Assembly: GCF_004010195.1 (NCBI RefSeq)
Contig: NW_025213640.1
Location: 1-34,845, forward strand
DNA from: Chiloscyllium plagiosum
Taxonomy: Eukaryota
Length of the DNA stretch: 34,845 nt
Direction of reading: 5' to 3'
In this document: piece by piece, positions 21,151-34,211 of the stretch
Layout of the letters: each line of letters begins with the position of its first letter
How positions within the stretch are numbered: position 1 is the stretch's first letter
The notes under the pieces: generated by a model
Told to the model about the DNA's origin: nothing
Seen by the model: the letters and a program-made list of their open reading frames with translations, nothing else
Database searches by the model: none
Translations under genes and position numbers: made by a program

Positions 21151-21544
21151 TAATTCACCCGAGGCTAGATTTGAATCCAGGTCCCTGGCGCTGTGAGGCA
21201 GCGGGGCTAACCACTGAGCCGTCACACTGCCCCGACTTGAATGGGCCTACACTGGAATCATTTTCTCCATATATAACCTCGGAAATCCTTTCAAGAGCTG
21301 ATTAGCTCAGCCCTTAATCCCTTTGAGGAGAGAGAGAGAGGACCCAAGGCTGATCTTTCACACGCAGCGCTGCTGATATTGTTAGGAATTTCTTGTTTTT
21401 TGCTGTCGGAATGATGTACTGCTGTGAGCATTTTCCATTTGGAGACCAGACCTGTGTGCATTACCTCCAAAGCAGTTTGAACATTTCTGCCGTCTATCCC
21501 CCTCGAAAGGAGCCACGTTGTTTTCGTTTCCTCTGGCCTCATCA

Positions 21545-22101
21545 GTCACAGAGACATAACAGCAGCAGAATCAGATCCTTTGGTCCAACCCTGTCCATGC
21601 TGACCCAGATATCCCAACCCAATCTAGTCCCACCTGCCAGCACCCGGCCCATATCCCTCCAAACCCTAACTATTCATATACCCATCCAAATGCCTCTTAA
21701 ATGTTGTAATTGTACCAGCCTCCACCACTTCCTCTGGCAGCTCATTCCATACACACACCACCCTCTGTGTGAAAAAGTTGCCCCTTAGGTCCCTTTTATA
21801 TCTTTCCCCTCTCACCCTAAACCTATGCCCCTCTAGTTCTGGGTTCCCCACCCCAGGGAAAAGACCTTACCTATTTATCCTATCCGTGCCCCTCATGATT
21901 TTATAAACCTCTGTAAGGTCACCCCTCAGCCTCCGACGCTCCGGGGAAAACAACCCCACACTACTCAGCTGGAGGGTCTGAGCTACAGGGAGAGGCTGAA
22001 CAGGCTGGGGCTGTTTTCCCCGGAGCGTCGGAGGCTGAGGGGTGACCTTATAGTGGTTTACAAAATTATGAGGGGCACGGATAGGATAAATAGGCAAGAT
22101 C
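21545..22101. mobile_element. Head-to-head CR1 3' fragments (minus 21545-21958; plus 21968-22101) forming a fold-back
   Basis: 21870-21958 is the approximate reverse complement of 22006-22094. Confidence 0.85.
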
Positions 22102-22581
22102 NNNNNNNNNNNNNNNNNNNNNNNNNNNNNNNNNNNNNNNNNNNNNNNNNNNNNNNNNNNNNNNNNNNNNNNNNNNNNNNNNNNNNNNNNNNNNNNNNNN
22201 NNNNNNNNNNNNNNNNNNNNNNNNNNNNNNNNNNNNNNNNNNNNNNNNNNNNNNNNNNNNNNNNNNNNNNNNNNNNNNNNNNNNNNNNNNNNNNNNNNNN
22301 NNNNNNNNNNNNNNNNNNNNNNNNNNNNNNNNNNNNNNNNNNNNNNNNNNNNNNNNNNNNNNNNNNNNNNNNNNNNNNNNNNNNNNNNNNNNNNNNNNNN
22401 NNNNNNNNNNNNNNNNNNNNNNNNNNNNNNNNNNNNNNNNNNNNNNNNNNNNNNNNNNNNNNNNNNNNNNNNNNNNNNNNNNNNNNNNNNNNNNNNNNNN
22501 NNNNNNNNNNNNNNNNNNNNNNNNNNNNNNNNNNNNNNNNNNNNNNNNNNNNNNNNNNNNNNNNNNNNNNNNNNNNNNNNN
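22102..22581. other. Assembly gap
   Basis: Run of n. Confidence 1.
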
Positions 22582-23425
22582 TCTTTGAGGGGCCCTATTC
22601 TCTCCCTAGTTACCCTTTTGTCCTTAATTTATTTGTAAAAACCCTTTGGATTCTCCTTAATTCTATTTGCCAAAGCTATCTCATGTCCCCGTTTTGCCCT
22701 CCTGATTTCCCTCTTAAGTATACTCCTACTTCCTTTATACTCTTCTAAAGATTCACTTGATCTCTCCTGTCTATACCTGACATATGCTTCCTTCTTTTTC
22801 TTAATCAAACCCTCAATTTCTTTAGTCATCCAGCATTCCCTATACCTACCAGCCTTCCCTTTCACCCTGACAGGAATATACTTTCTCTGGACTCTCGTTC
22901 TCTCATTTCTGAAGGCTTTCCATTTTCCAGCCGTCCCTTTACCTGCAAACATCTGCCTCCAATCAGCTTTCAAAAGTTCTTGCCTAATGCCGTCAAAATT
23001 GGCCTTTCTCCAATTCAGGACTTCATCTTTTAGATCTGGTCTATCTTTTTCCATCACTGTTTTAAAACTAATAGAATTATGGTCGCTGGCCCCACTGACG
23101 TCTCAGTCACCTGCGCTACCTTACTTCCCAAGACTAGGTCAAGTTTTGCACCTTCTCTAGTAGGTACATCCACATACTGAATCAGAAAATTGTCCTGTAC
23201 ACACTTAACAAATTCCTCTCCATCTAAACCCTTAACACTACGGCAGTTCCAGTCTGTGTTTGGAAAGTTAAAATCCCCGACCATAACTACCCTATTATTC
23301 TTACAGATAACTGAGAGCTCCTGACAAATTTGCTTCTCAATTTCCCTCTGACTATTAGGGGGTCTATAATACAATCCCAATAAGGTGATCACCCATTTCT
23401 TATTTCTCAGTTCCACCCAAATATC
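22582..23425 (-). mobile_element. CR1 LINE ORF2 fragment (AP-endonuclease C-terminus and tether), frameshifted
   Basis: IWVELRNKK...LLGLYYRPPNS...VMVGDFNFP...PTREGAKLDLVL; NWRKANFDGIRQEL...IKENPKGFYK. Confidence 0.95.
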
Positions 23426-24244
23426 ATGAACTTCAGTTGATGTCTGGTAGAGAGGATTGATTACATGCCTGGCTGTGGAAGTCATCTGACCCAGAGCAGC
23501 AGCAAACAGTTTCAACCGAGGTGGCATGTAAACGCCATAGGAACTAGGAACAGGAGTAGGTCACACATCCTGTCAAGCCTGCATCACCATTTCATATGAC
23601 CAAAGCTGATTGAACATTTCCAATGTCTTTTACCCACACTATCAATAATCAAAAACTTATCACCTGCTGCTTTAAACTTAAGTAGTAATTATGTCGCACT
23701 TAAATCACAGCTTGAAAATGACACACTGATGCACATACCTCGCTTTGAACTGCAGAAGCTTGACACCATTTCTCCACACACTATCCCAGCAACTTTGGGC
23801 ATAAGTGAACAACAAACGTGCCTCTTCCTGTGTTGGTGCAGGGAGGAATGGTGGACCAGGACCCAGGATAACCCCCTGCTTAGTCATGTCCTGAAGTACA
23901 GTATTGCTTACAATACAACAGATCTTCAAGCATTACAGTCAGATAGGAGAGTCACCGGCACTAACTAAACCACACCATTGATAACTAAATGATCCCATAG
24001 GTCCACTAAAATCCCCCCCCCCCCCCCCCCGAGCTTCCACTCCCCATATCTGAAGGAACAAATTGAACTCAGCTGCACTGGCCAGTTTGGTTTTGAACTT
24101 ACCAAATGGCACAGCTTCCCCACATTCCCTGCTTCACACTGTGATCCAGAACACTCACAATAGGCTGCTTTCATCATCACAAACAGCTTTCATTAACACA
24201 ACGGCATGCCACAGCTTTGAATTCAAAACAAGCAGTCAACTATT

Positions 24245-24875
24245 TCAGTAGGGATGCCTTGCTGCAATTATACAGGGCTTTGGTGAGGCCACACCTCGAG
24301 TACTCTATGCAGTTTTGTTGTCCCAGTCTGAGGAAAGACATTGTTGCTACTGAAGGGGTCCAGCAAAGTTCACTGGACTGATTCCCAGGATGACAGGAGA
24401 GACAGAAGAGGAAAGACTGAATCGATTGAGCTTGTATTTGCTGGAATTTAGAAGAACTGGGGGGGGGGGGGGGGGAGAGAAAGAGAAAGAGTCTTATAGA
24501 AACATACAAAACCATGGTGAGTCTGGACAAGTTACATAGGGAAGAATGTTCCCGATGGTGGGCAAGTCCAGAACTGGGGGCCACAGACTCAGAAAAAGGG
24601 GTAAGCCGTTCAGGACGGAGATGAGGAAGAACATCTTCACTCTGGGTTGGGAACCTGTGGGATTGTCTCCCAAGGAAACTGTTGGGGCCGGTTCGTTAGA
24701 TATATTCAAGAGGGAGCTGGACGTGGCCTTTGTGGCTAAAGGGGTCAAGGGGTATGGAGGTAAAGTGGGAGTGGGATACTCAATGTGCATGATCAGCCAT
24801 GATTGTATTGAATGGTGGCGCAGGCTGGAAGGGCTGAATGGCCTCCTCCTGCACCTATTTCCCATGTTTCTATAA
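24245..24875 (+). mobile_element. CR1 LINE 3' fragment downstream of the ILF2 stop codon
   Basis: LQLYRALVRPHLEYSMQF; MFPMVGKSRTGGHRL; tail ggctgaatggcctcctcctgcacctatt. Confidence 0.9.
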
Positions 24876-25142
24876 CGGGCCGGTTAACTATGGAACAGAG
24901 AAACAGTACAGCTTTCATCCAGGGCTACAGCTGGAGGCAGCACATTGAGCTGGATAACATGGGAGTGATTTACTGGTAGGTACAGATCTATCACTTGTGG
25001 TAGGAACAGTGTGTGGATATAAATTGAAGACATTTTATAACAAAATGGTACCGATGGCACAGGTGAAATAACCTTGATGATAACACTAAAGGGTGAAAGT
25101 GACATTGCACGTACCACTCAGTAACATCACAGCAAGAGGCCC

Positions 25143-25373
<231 letters not shown>

Positions 25374-25671
25374 TCAAAACCCATCCTCCAAACATTCCTG
25401 GGAATAGTTCGACAAAGAGACCATACCTAAACCCCAATCTGCAGGATACTAATTATCCAAGGAGAGAATCTCACGGTGAAACCATCCCACCATCCAGAAC
25501 TATTTCAAATCTTCAGCAGCTTTGCAAGTAATTCCCAAAGATGCTTCCTTCACGTGTACTTGCCATGAATCCATGCTGAGTCCTGATAGCTCCATCGATA
25601 TTGTCTGCCTCATCCTCTTAACCTCTGGCCTGGACATTGGAACCCAAACTGCTCCCACCTTGCCTCTATGT

Positions 25672-25980
25672 TTAGATTAGATTACATTACAGTGTGGAAA
25701 CAGGCCCTTGGGTCCAACAAGTCCACACCGACCTGCTGAAGCGCAACCCACCCATACCCCTTCATTTACCCCTTACCTAACACTATGGGCAATTTAGCAT
25801 GGCCAATTCACCTGACCTGCTCATCTTTGGACTGTGGGAGGCAACCGGAGCACCCGGAGGAAACCCATGCAGACACTGGGAGAACGTGCAAACTCCACAC
25901 AGTCAGTCGCCTGAGGCGGGAATTGAACCCGGGTCTCTGGCGCTGTGAGGCAGCAGTGCTAACCACTGTGCCACCGTGCC
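25672..25980 (-). mobile_element. HE1-like V-SINE, full length
   Basis: Reverse complement: ggcacggtggcacagtggttagc head, gggttcaattccc B box, V-domain, (aatct)n tail. Confidence 0.92.
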
Positions 25981-26699
25981 TCCTTCATCCCTTTTACCGT
26001 TTACAATCTGCCCTGATGATACTTCAGTCTCTAACCCCACCATTCGCAAGCTTGTGAGAAAGCACCTGGACAGCTTGACTTTCAACCTGGGGTACCCTCA
26101 GCTTAGCTCCCTGCAGCCTGAAAGGAACTTGGCAGCATTCGCCTGACCACTGGCCTCAAGTGTTGGTTCCCCTGTTGCAGAGTTACTGATCGGTCGCTCA
26201 GGACAACAGGGGTTGACCTTCCCTTGTCCCTCACGTTCAAGGTCTGCCTGAGTAGCTGAGTCACATTGTCTGCCCATGTTTGGCCACTTGAGGGAAGTGC
26301 TTAATAATGAAGAGCAATGCAGCCTGCATTCAAGGAGAAACATTTATGTGCCAGTCCCTGAATGCAAAGCTTTACCTTTTAAAATAAAAATTCAAGCTGA
26401 GTAGCTAAAGATTGGGGCCTCAAGATAGTGCATTACATCTGTAGCACTGGGGTCCAAAGGAGGCACACATAAACTCAACACTTCAGATCTAAGTAATACC
26501 AAAATATTCTCCTGCTTCTGTCACAAATTAGCACTTTAGACAAGCACGGGGCCACTGAGATTGGCCTGCCTGCTGTGTGCTGAATATTCATGAGGGAACA
26601 GATTGTTAAAAACAGCCTTACTGCTACCGTCAGTGACGTATGGATGAAAGCAAAATAGTAGTTACATTAAAAAGAACCAAAAAGGCATTAACCTCCTAC

Positions 26700-29600
26700 T
26701 GCATTCTGCTTACGTCTGTGATTACAGCGGCTGACGTTCAAGATGTTGGACCTGATTCAGAGGAAGTTGACCAGACTGATACCTGGAAGGAACAGGCTGT
26801 CTTACAGAGAAAGGTTGGACAGGCTGGGCTCGTTTCCCACTGCAGCTTAAACCAGTGAAGGGTGACATCAGGGAAATGCATAAGAACCTGAATGGTCCTG
26901 ACAAGGGGGACATGGAGAGGAGGTTTTCCTCAGTCTGGAACCTGAATGGCCCTGACAAGGGGGACATGGACAGGAGGTTTTCCTCAGTCTGGAACCTGAA
27001 TGGCCCTGACAAGGGGGACACATGGAGAGGAGGTTTTCCTCAGTCTGGAAACTGAATGGCCCTGACAAGGGGGACACATGGAGAGGAGGTTTTCCTCAGT
27101 CTGGAACCTGAATGGGCCTGACAAGGGGGACACATGGAGAGGAGGTTTTCCTCAGTCTGGAACCTGAATGGTCCTGACAAGGGACACATGGAGAGGAGGT
27201 TTTCCTCAGTCTGGAACCTGAATGGTCCTGACAAGGGGGACATGGAGAGGAGGTTTTCCTCAGCCTGGAACCTGATTGGTCCTGACAAGGGGGACACATG
27301 GAGAGGAGGTTTTCCTCAGCCTGGAACCTGAATGGCCCTGACAAGGGGGACACATGGAGAGGAGGTTTTCCTCAGTCTGGAACCTGAATGGCCCTGACAA
27401 GGGGCACACATGGAGAGGAGGTTTTCCTCAGCCTGGAACCTGAATGGCCCTGACAAGGGGCACACATGGAGAGGAGGTTTTCCTCAGCCTGGAACCTGAA
27501 TGGCCCTGACAAGGGGCACACATGGAGAGGAGGTTTTCCTCAGCCTGGAACCTGAATGGCCCTGACAAGGGGGACACATGGAGAGGAGGTTTTCCTCAGC
27601 CTGGAACCTGAATGGCCCTGACAAGGGGGACACATGGAGAGGAGGTTTTCCTCAGTCTGGAACCTGAATGGTCCTGACAAGGGGGACATGGAGAGGAGGT
27701 TTTCCTCAGTCTGGAACCTGAATGGCCCTGACAAGGGGCACACATGGAGAGGAGGTTTTCCTCAGCCTGGAACCTGAATGGCCCTGACAAGGGGCACACA
27801 TGGAGAGGAGGTTTTCCTCAGCCTGGAACCTGAATGGCCCTGACAAGGGGCACACATGGAGAGGAGGTTTTCCTCAGCCTGGAACCTGAATGGCCCTGAC
27901 AAGGGGCACACATGGAGAGGAGGTTTTCCTCAGCCTGGAACCTGAATGGCCCTGACAAGGGGCACACATGGAGAGGAGGTTTTCCTCAGCCTGGAACCTG
28001 AATGGCCCTGACAAGGGGGACACATGGAGAGGAGGTTTTCCTCAGCCTGGAACCTGAATGGCCCTGACAAGGGGGACACATGGAGAGGAGGTTTTCCTCA
28101 GCCTGGAACCTGAATGGCCCTGACAAGGGGGACACATGGAGAGGAGGTTTTCCTCAGCCTGGAACCTGAATGGCCCTGACAAGGGGGACACATGGAGAGG
28201 AGGTTTTCCTCAGCCTGGAACCTGAATGGCCCTGACAAGGGGGACACATGGAGAGGAGGTTTTCCTCAGCCTGGAACCTGAATGGCCCTGACAAGGGGGA
28301 CACATGGAGAGGAGGTTTTCCTCAGCCTGGAACCTGAATGGCCCTGACAAGGGGGACACATGGAGAGGAGGTTTTCCTCAGCCTGGAACCTGAATGGCCC
28401 TGACAAGGGGGACACATGGAGAGGAGGTTTTCCTCAGCCTGGAACCTGAATGGCCCTGACAAGGGGGACACATGGAGAGGAGGTTTTCCTCAGCCTGGAA
28501 CCTGAATGGCCCTGACAAGGGGGACACATGGAGAGGAGGTTTTCCTCAGCCTGGAACCTGAATGGCCCTGACAAGGGGGACACATGGAGAGGAGGTTTTC
28601 CTCAGCCTGGAACCTGAATGGCCCTGACAAGGGGGACACATGGAGAGGAGGTTTTCCTCAGCCTGGAACCTGAATGGCCCTGACAAGGGGGACACATGGA
28701 GAGGAGGTTTTCCTCAGCCTGGAACCTGAATGGCCCTGACAAGGGGGACACATGGAGAGGAGGTTTTCCTCAGCCTGGAACCTGAATGGCCCTGACAAGG
28801 GGGACACATGGAGAGGAGGTTTTCCTCAGCCTGGAACCTGAATGGCCCTGACAAGGGGGACACATGGAGAGGAGGTTTTCCTCAGCCTGGAACCTGAATG
28901 GCCCTGACAAGGGGGACACATGGAGAGGAGGTTTTCCTCAGCCTGGAACCTGAATGGCCCTGACAAGGGGGACACATGGAGAGGAGGTTTTCCTCAGCCT
29001 GGAACCTGAATGGCCCTGACAAGGGGGACACATGGAGAGGAGGTTTTCCTCAGCCTGGAACCTGAATGGCCCTGACAAGGGGGACACATGGAGAGGAGGT
29101 TTTCCTCAGCCTGGAACCTGAATGGCCCTGACAAGGGGGACACATGGAGAGGAGGTTTTCCTCAGCCTGGAACCTGAATGGCCCTGACAAGGGGGACACA
29201 TGGAGAGGAGGTTTTCCTCAGCCTGGAACCTGAATGGCCCTGACAAGGGGGACACATGGAGAGGAGGTTTTCCTCAGCCTGGAACCTGAATGGCCCTGAC
29301 AAGGGGGACACATGGAGAGGAGGTTTTCCTCAGCCTGGAACCTGAATGGCCCTGACAAGGGGGACACATGGAGAGGAGGTTTTCCTCAGCCTGGAACCTG
29401 AATGGCCCTGACAAGGGGGACACATGGAGAGGAGGTTTTCCTCAGCCTGGAACCTGAATGGCCCTGACAAGGGGGACACATGGAGAGGAGGTTTTCCTCA
29501 GCCTGGAACCTGAATGGCCCTGACAAGGGGGACACATGGAGAGGAGGTTTTCCTCAGCCTGGAACCTGAATGGCCCTGACAAGGGGGAGGAAGGAAACAT

Positions 29601-29925
29601 GTTTCCGCTGATGGGTGAATGCCGAACCAGAGGACACAGCTTAAAAATACAGGGTAGACCATTTAGGACAGAGATGAGGAGAAACTTCTTCACCCAGAGA
29701 TTGGTGGCTGTGTGGAATGCTCTGCCCCAGAGGGCAATGGAGGCCCAGTCTCTGGATTCATTTGAGAAATAGTTGGATAGAGCTCTCAAAGATAGTGGAA
29801 TCAAGGGTTATGGAGATAAGGCAGGAACAGGATACTGATGAAGGATGATCAGCCATGATCATATTGAATGGTGGTGCAGGCTCGAAGGGCAGAATGGCCT
29901 ACTCCTGCACCTATTGTCTATTGAA
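26700..29925 (+). mobile_element. CR1 LINE 3' sequence expanded internally by a 56-bp satellite
   Basis: Before the array: SYRERLDRLG...KGDIREMHKNLNGPDKGDMER. After it: NMFPLMGECRTRGHSLKI...FFTQRLVAVWNALP and a CR1 tail. Confidence 0.85.
26883..29586. repeat. Tandem array, 54-56-bp unit, ~48 copies, in the last ILF2 intron
   Basis: Unit gaacctgaatggccctgacaagggggacacatggagaggaggttttcctcagcctg. Confidence 0.98.
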
Positions 29926-30546
29926 TTAAAGGCTCTTGGGCTTAGATGACCACATGGAATTCAGAACCCAAACAGATCAGCTATGACCTTACTGAATGGT
30001 GTAGGAGGCTCACAGGGCCGAGTGGGCTACTTCTGCTCCTAATTCTTGTATTTGTAAGTGACCAGAGAATGCCTGAGTGAGCTTCTTATCTCCTCCGCCC
30101 TTGTGGTTTGTGTAACTAACCACTCTCTGCTGCCAAGTGCTCACCCTCTGAGAGAACGCTACTGATCAGGAGGATGCCACAAACCAAGCCAAGACCTTCT
30201 TCAACTCGTGCCCACCCACAGGGGCTGTGGGACATTGGTCAGGAGCATGACGCCCAGCCGACTTCTCACCTCCCCAGGCTGAAGGCACACCAGCAGAGCA
30301 GGCTTAAATTCCACCCCCCCTCCCCCAGCAGACCAGGTTTAGTCGCCGTCCGCCAACACTGAGATAACATTAAATGGGATTTCAAAGCTGGCATCTCAAC
30401 ATCATCACAGAAGGAATTGCTTTTGCTGCAAGTGTTTCATCATTCCAACTTGTCAGGTGATAGGTGGTGACGTGGAGAAGTGTTTCAGATTCCTGGAGAA
30501 CCACGTTTGGGAGGGCAAGAGAGAGAGGGGATAATTCTAAGTTTCA

Positions 30547-30642
<96 letters not shown>

Positions 30643-30959
30643 CTAAAAGAAGAAACAAGATTCAGTGCACTCAGATCAGTCACAGGGGAAATGGAAGACA
30701 AAACAACCCAAATTCACACAGCACCTTCTGGGGAAAAGTCAGAAGCCTTTCCTGAAAGTTAGTCACCCTTGTTTGTACACAGCAAGATCCCCTAAGTGGC
30801 AAACGGATAAATTGAACCGATGGGGTTTTGGATTGAAGTCTCATCTGAAAGGTGGCACCTCAGGCACAGCGTGTTCTCCTCTCATCACTGCTCTCACACG
30901 TCAACTTCCATCGTGTGCTCCAGCTCCTGCAGTGAGGCTGGAACCAGTTCCAGCTCAGT

Positions 30960-31380
30960 TCAGAGGAGGGAACTCAGGCCAAAAGGTTTATAAACTACCT
31001 CTGCAGGAGTATGGTGGACAATTTGGGCACCATGTCTCGAGGAAGATGTAACAGTCTTCGAGACAGGACACAGAAGGTTTACCAGGATGTGACCAGGGGG
31101 GGCTGGAAAAGTTAGAGGTCTACTCTTCTCAGAACAGAAGTGATTTTGGAAATTGATAAGTGGTTTTGGTACGCTCCATGGAAGGAGTGAAAGAGCTGTT
31201 CTCACAACTGAGTTGACAACCAGAGACCATAGGTTTAAAATCGTTGGTAAGAATCTAAAGAGCAGGTCAGGAGAAGAGTTTTCACGTCTGGGACCTGGGA
31301 TGTTCAACCTGAAGGCGGCTGAATTCCACAGATAATTTTATATACAAGGGAGCTGAACAGGGGTTGGAAGGCGAGGAACT
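30960..31380 (+). mobile_element. Degenerate CR1 LINE fragment
   Basis: ggagtatggtggacaatttgggcaccat...cagaaggtttaccaggatg...accagagaccataggtttaaaat. Confidence 0.65.
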
Positions 31381-31409
31381 TGTAGCGATTTGCATATGCT
31401 CTACGCAAC

Positions 31410-31626
31410 ATAAAACTCAAAGGACTGCGGATGCTATGAATCAGAAACAAAAACAGAAGGTGCTGGAAAAGCTCAGCAGGTCTGGCAGCGTCTGTGAAGA
31501 GAAATCAGAGTTAACGCTTTGGATTAGAAGGAAGGATCATCAAACCCAAAACATTAACCCTGATTTCTCTTCACAGATGCTGCCAGTGCTGCAGAGCTTT
31601 TCCAGCGCCTTCTGTTTTTGTGTCTG
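31410..31626. mobile_element. Palindromic Penelope-like/MITE-like element
   Basis: ~73-bp imperfect inverted arms 31442-31514 and 31554-31626, related to the 3088 and 11192 family. Confidence 0.7.
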
Positions 31627-32047
31627 TATCAACATGATGCGCCAAATGACTTCCTTCTGTCCTATTATTATAGAATTAAGCAGGGCGGGAGAAGATTTTT
31701 TTCCACACACTCACACAGCAGAGTCAGAAACAGAAGGCACGTAGCTGCTGATCTTCATAACTTGAGCTCTTTTACAAGGACGTAAGACCTTGTATCGTAT
31801 TGCAAGAGACAGATCCCCCCATAAAACCTCTCCCACTGGTTATCATCCCTTCAGAAGGCACAAAAGCCTTGCTGGGACGTGCTACTGTAGATGATGCACA
31901 CTGAACGGACTAATTTTCTTAGAAAGTCAGCAAACACCCCAATTACAAGAAACAGAGGCCCAGTGCTGATTTCTCAGGCTACAAGTCACTTTGAAATTCA
32001 ACTGGCCCATAACCTTGGTAAAGCACAAAGTCAGTAACCTCAGATCA

Positions 32048-32194
<147 letters not shown>

Positions 32195-32476
32195 TCAAGC
32201 ATCAAATATTTAATGTCTGATTCCAACCGCACCCCTCCAAAACACAGATGACCATGTGTCTTACAAACCCATGAGAGTATGGCCCATTGATCAGACTGCT
32301 CTGGAGTATTTATTCCACCTCCAAATTATCCCACCACATCTCTCTCCCGTCCCTACTCCAAACACACAAGACACACAACTTGACTCCTTCAGTTTCTCTC
32401 ATCACAACCTTGCACTTTTCCACATATTTCTTTCCAGCACCACCCAACCCATGGACGTACACTCAACAGCACATAC

Positions 32477-32538
32477 CTGAAGCCAACATTGAGTGCCAGT
32501 GGCTGCCTGGATGGGTTGTTCATTACAGCGGAGTGGCC
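32477..32538 (-). CDS. ILF2: ILF2 coding exon (62 nt)
   Basis: ctgcag|GGC...AG|gtatgt; [20 protein letters not shown](R). Confidence 0.97.
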
Positions 32539-34037
32539 CTGCAGGGTAATTCAAGGGAAGAGTCAGCTCCAGGTGATAACTCTCTGGGCAGTGTATACAT
32601 TTCTGGTAACATGCTGTTTGTTGCCTCGCCCTTCAGCACAAGGCCAGGCAGCCTCTCACGGCCCAAGGAGGTCACAGCATGGCTCTTGTTCTCCTACAGG
32701 AAAGCACTCAGCAAACAACGGTTGGATAGATCAGGCAAAAGGCTTACACTTCTTGCACTACCTTATGCCCTCAGAATGTTGCATCATTTTGGGAACTGTG
32801 AACTGGTTTTACAGAAAGTGACATCACCAGGACAATTGAGGGCAAATAAAAAGTAATGTTATATAACCCCCAGGGAAAGTAAAGTGAATAAAGCAAAAGT
32901 CTAGATCATCAATTGCACGGGAACAGAACAACTACTTGAACAGGGTGATTGCAAATGGAAAGACTAAAGCAGGGAGGCCCAGTTGGGTAATAATGGAAGA
33001 GCAGTTTGCTGCATTTTCTGTATTTTACTAATGTCCCAAAAGACCCAGTGCCAGAGAGGGAACTTACTGTCCAGAGTTCCTGCTCCTGAGAAACATCCAG
33101 ATTAATCTGCTGGACTGCATGCAGAGGTTGGTGTTGAGAATGAGCAAAAGCAGAGTTTATTTGGAGCAAGTTCCTGGAAACTGATGGCCACATGATGCTG
33201 CTCACTCAATGCAGCACGTCCCGTGGGAATTGGAAGGGTAAAGCCAACTCGGTCTGGAAATCTGCTCCCTAAAACACGACGCACGCCAGAAATCGGGATA
33301 ATTCTGCAGCCACATTAGACTGTCACTGTGAACTTGGATCATCCCTCTGCAGGAACTGGCAGACCTGCTGAACTTCTCTAGCAGAGTGCTTTTGTAACTG
33401 CTTCGCCTCCCATTCAGAAATGAGGTCACCCCTCACCCCTTCCCCCCCATGCCACAGAATTACACTCCTACAGTCCACAGGATAACAAAAGCCCCAACCA
33501 AAACCATTTGTGTCCAGGAAGAATTGTGAAACGTGTGAAGGAAACAAAAGGCATTATTTTTCCTCTACGCTGGCAGGTTTTCTTTTATAATAAGCAGACA
33601 GCCAGCAGTTAAATGGGTGTCACTAAGGGAGGCATATACAATAGATTAGATGAACAACAAGAGATTTCACAGAAGCTCAATCACGTTATTTTGTCAGTAC
33701 ATATTTTAAAGATGTGTCTTTTTCTCACCCACTGTTCTAACCCCACTCTCCCTTCCAGAGGAACAATGGAGTTACTGCCTATTTTGTTATTTATCGGCGA
33801 TTCTGTCCAGTGAGGTGTTGACAGGCAATGCGTTCAGCCAGGCCTTACCCTGAGTTCGTACACACATAGCATTTCCAACAGGCAGCCATACAGGAAATCA
33901 GGACGCGGAGTGTTCTCTACTTTCCAACTTTCCTCACCCAACGGGTGTCAAGTTCAATGGTAAGCCGAAACCAGCTGCAGTCAGTGAACTCAGCACATTA
34001 CAGACCTGGGTTTACAGGGCCTCACTGGATTAACTCA

Positions 34038-34211
<174 letters not shown>

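Larger units (their letters stand above)
19735..21232 (-). mobile_element. HE1-like V-SINE expanded by a 53-bp array and split by a CR1 fragment; tRNA head at ~21155-21232
   Basis: Tail at 19735, V-domain at 20617-20700, head ccctggcgctgtgaggcagcggggctaaccactgagcc. Confidence 0.75.

Noticed and set aside
21465..21542. ATG...GAG|gtaatg as an SLC24 first exon
   Set aside because: No similarity to NCKX N-termini or a signal peptide, and it starts at a CR1 boundary.
26255..26370. 12-bp stem (tgcattcaagga/tccctgaatgca) with a downstream ACA on the minus strand as an H/ACA snoRNA
   Set aside because: No H box and no second hairpin with a pseudouridylation pocket.
26883..29586. Regular arrays here and at 12284, 15330 and 19849 as CRISPR arrays or repeat-protein genes
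   Set aside because: They are head-to-tail units without unique spacers, there are no cas genes, the context is eukaryotic, and the unit lengths (32, 53, 56, 71) are not multiples of 3.
32287..32856. 189-aa plus-strand ORF
   Set aside because: Antisense to an ILF2 exon and intron, with a non-ATG start and no recognisable homology.
33770..34012. Paired ctgagttc/gaactcag and ccagg/cctgg segments in an ILF2 intron
   Set aside because: Short stems far apart with no H/ACA or C/D boxes in the expected positions; compatible with chance.
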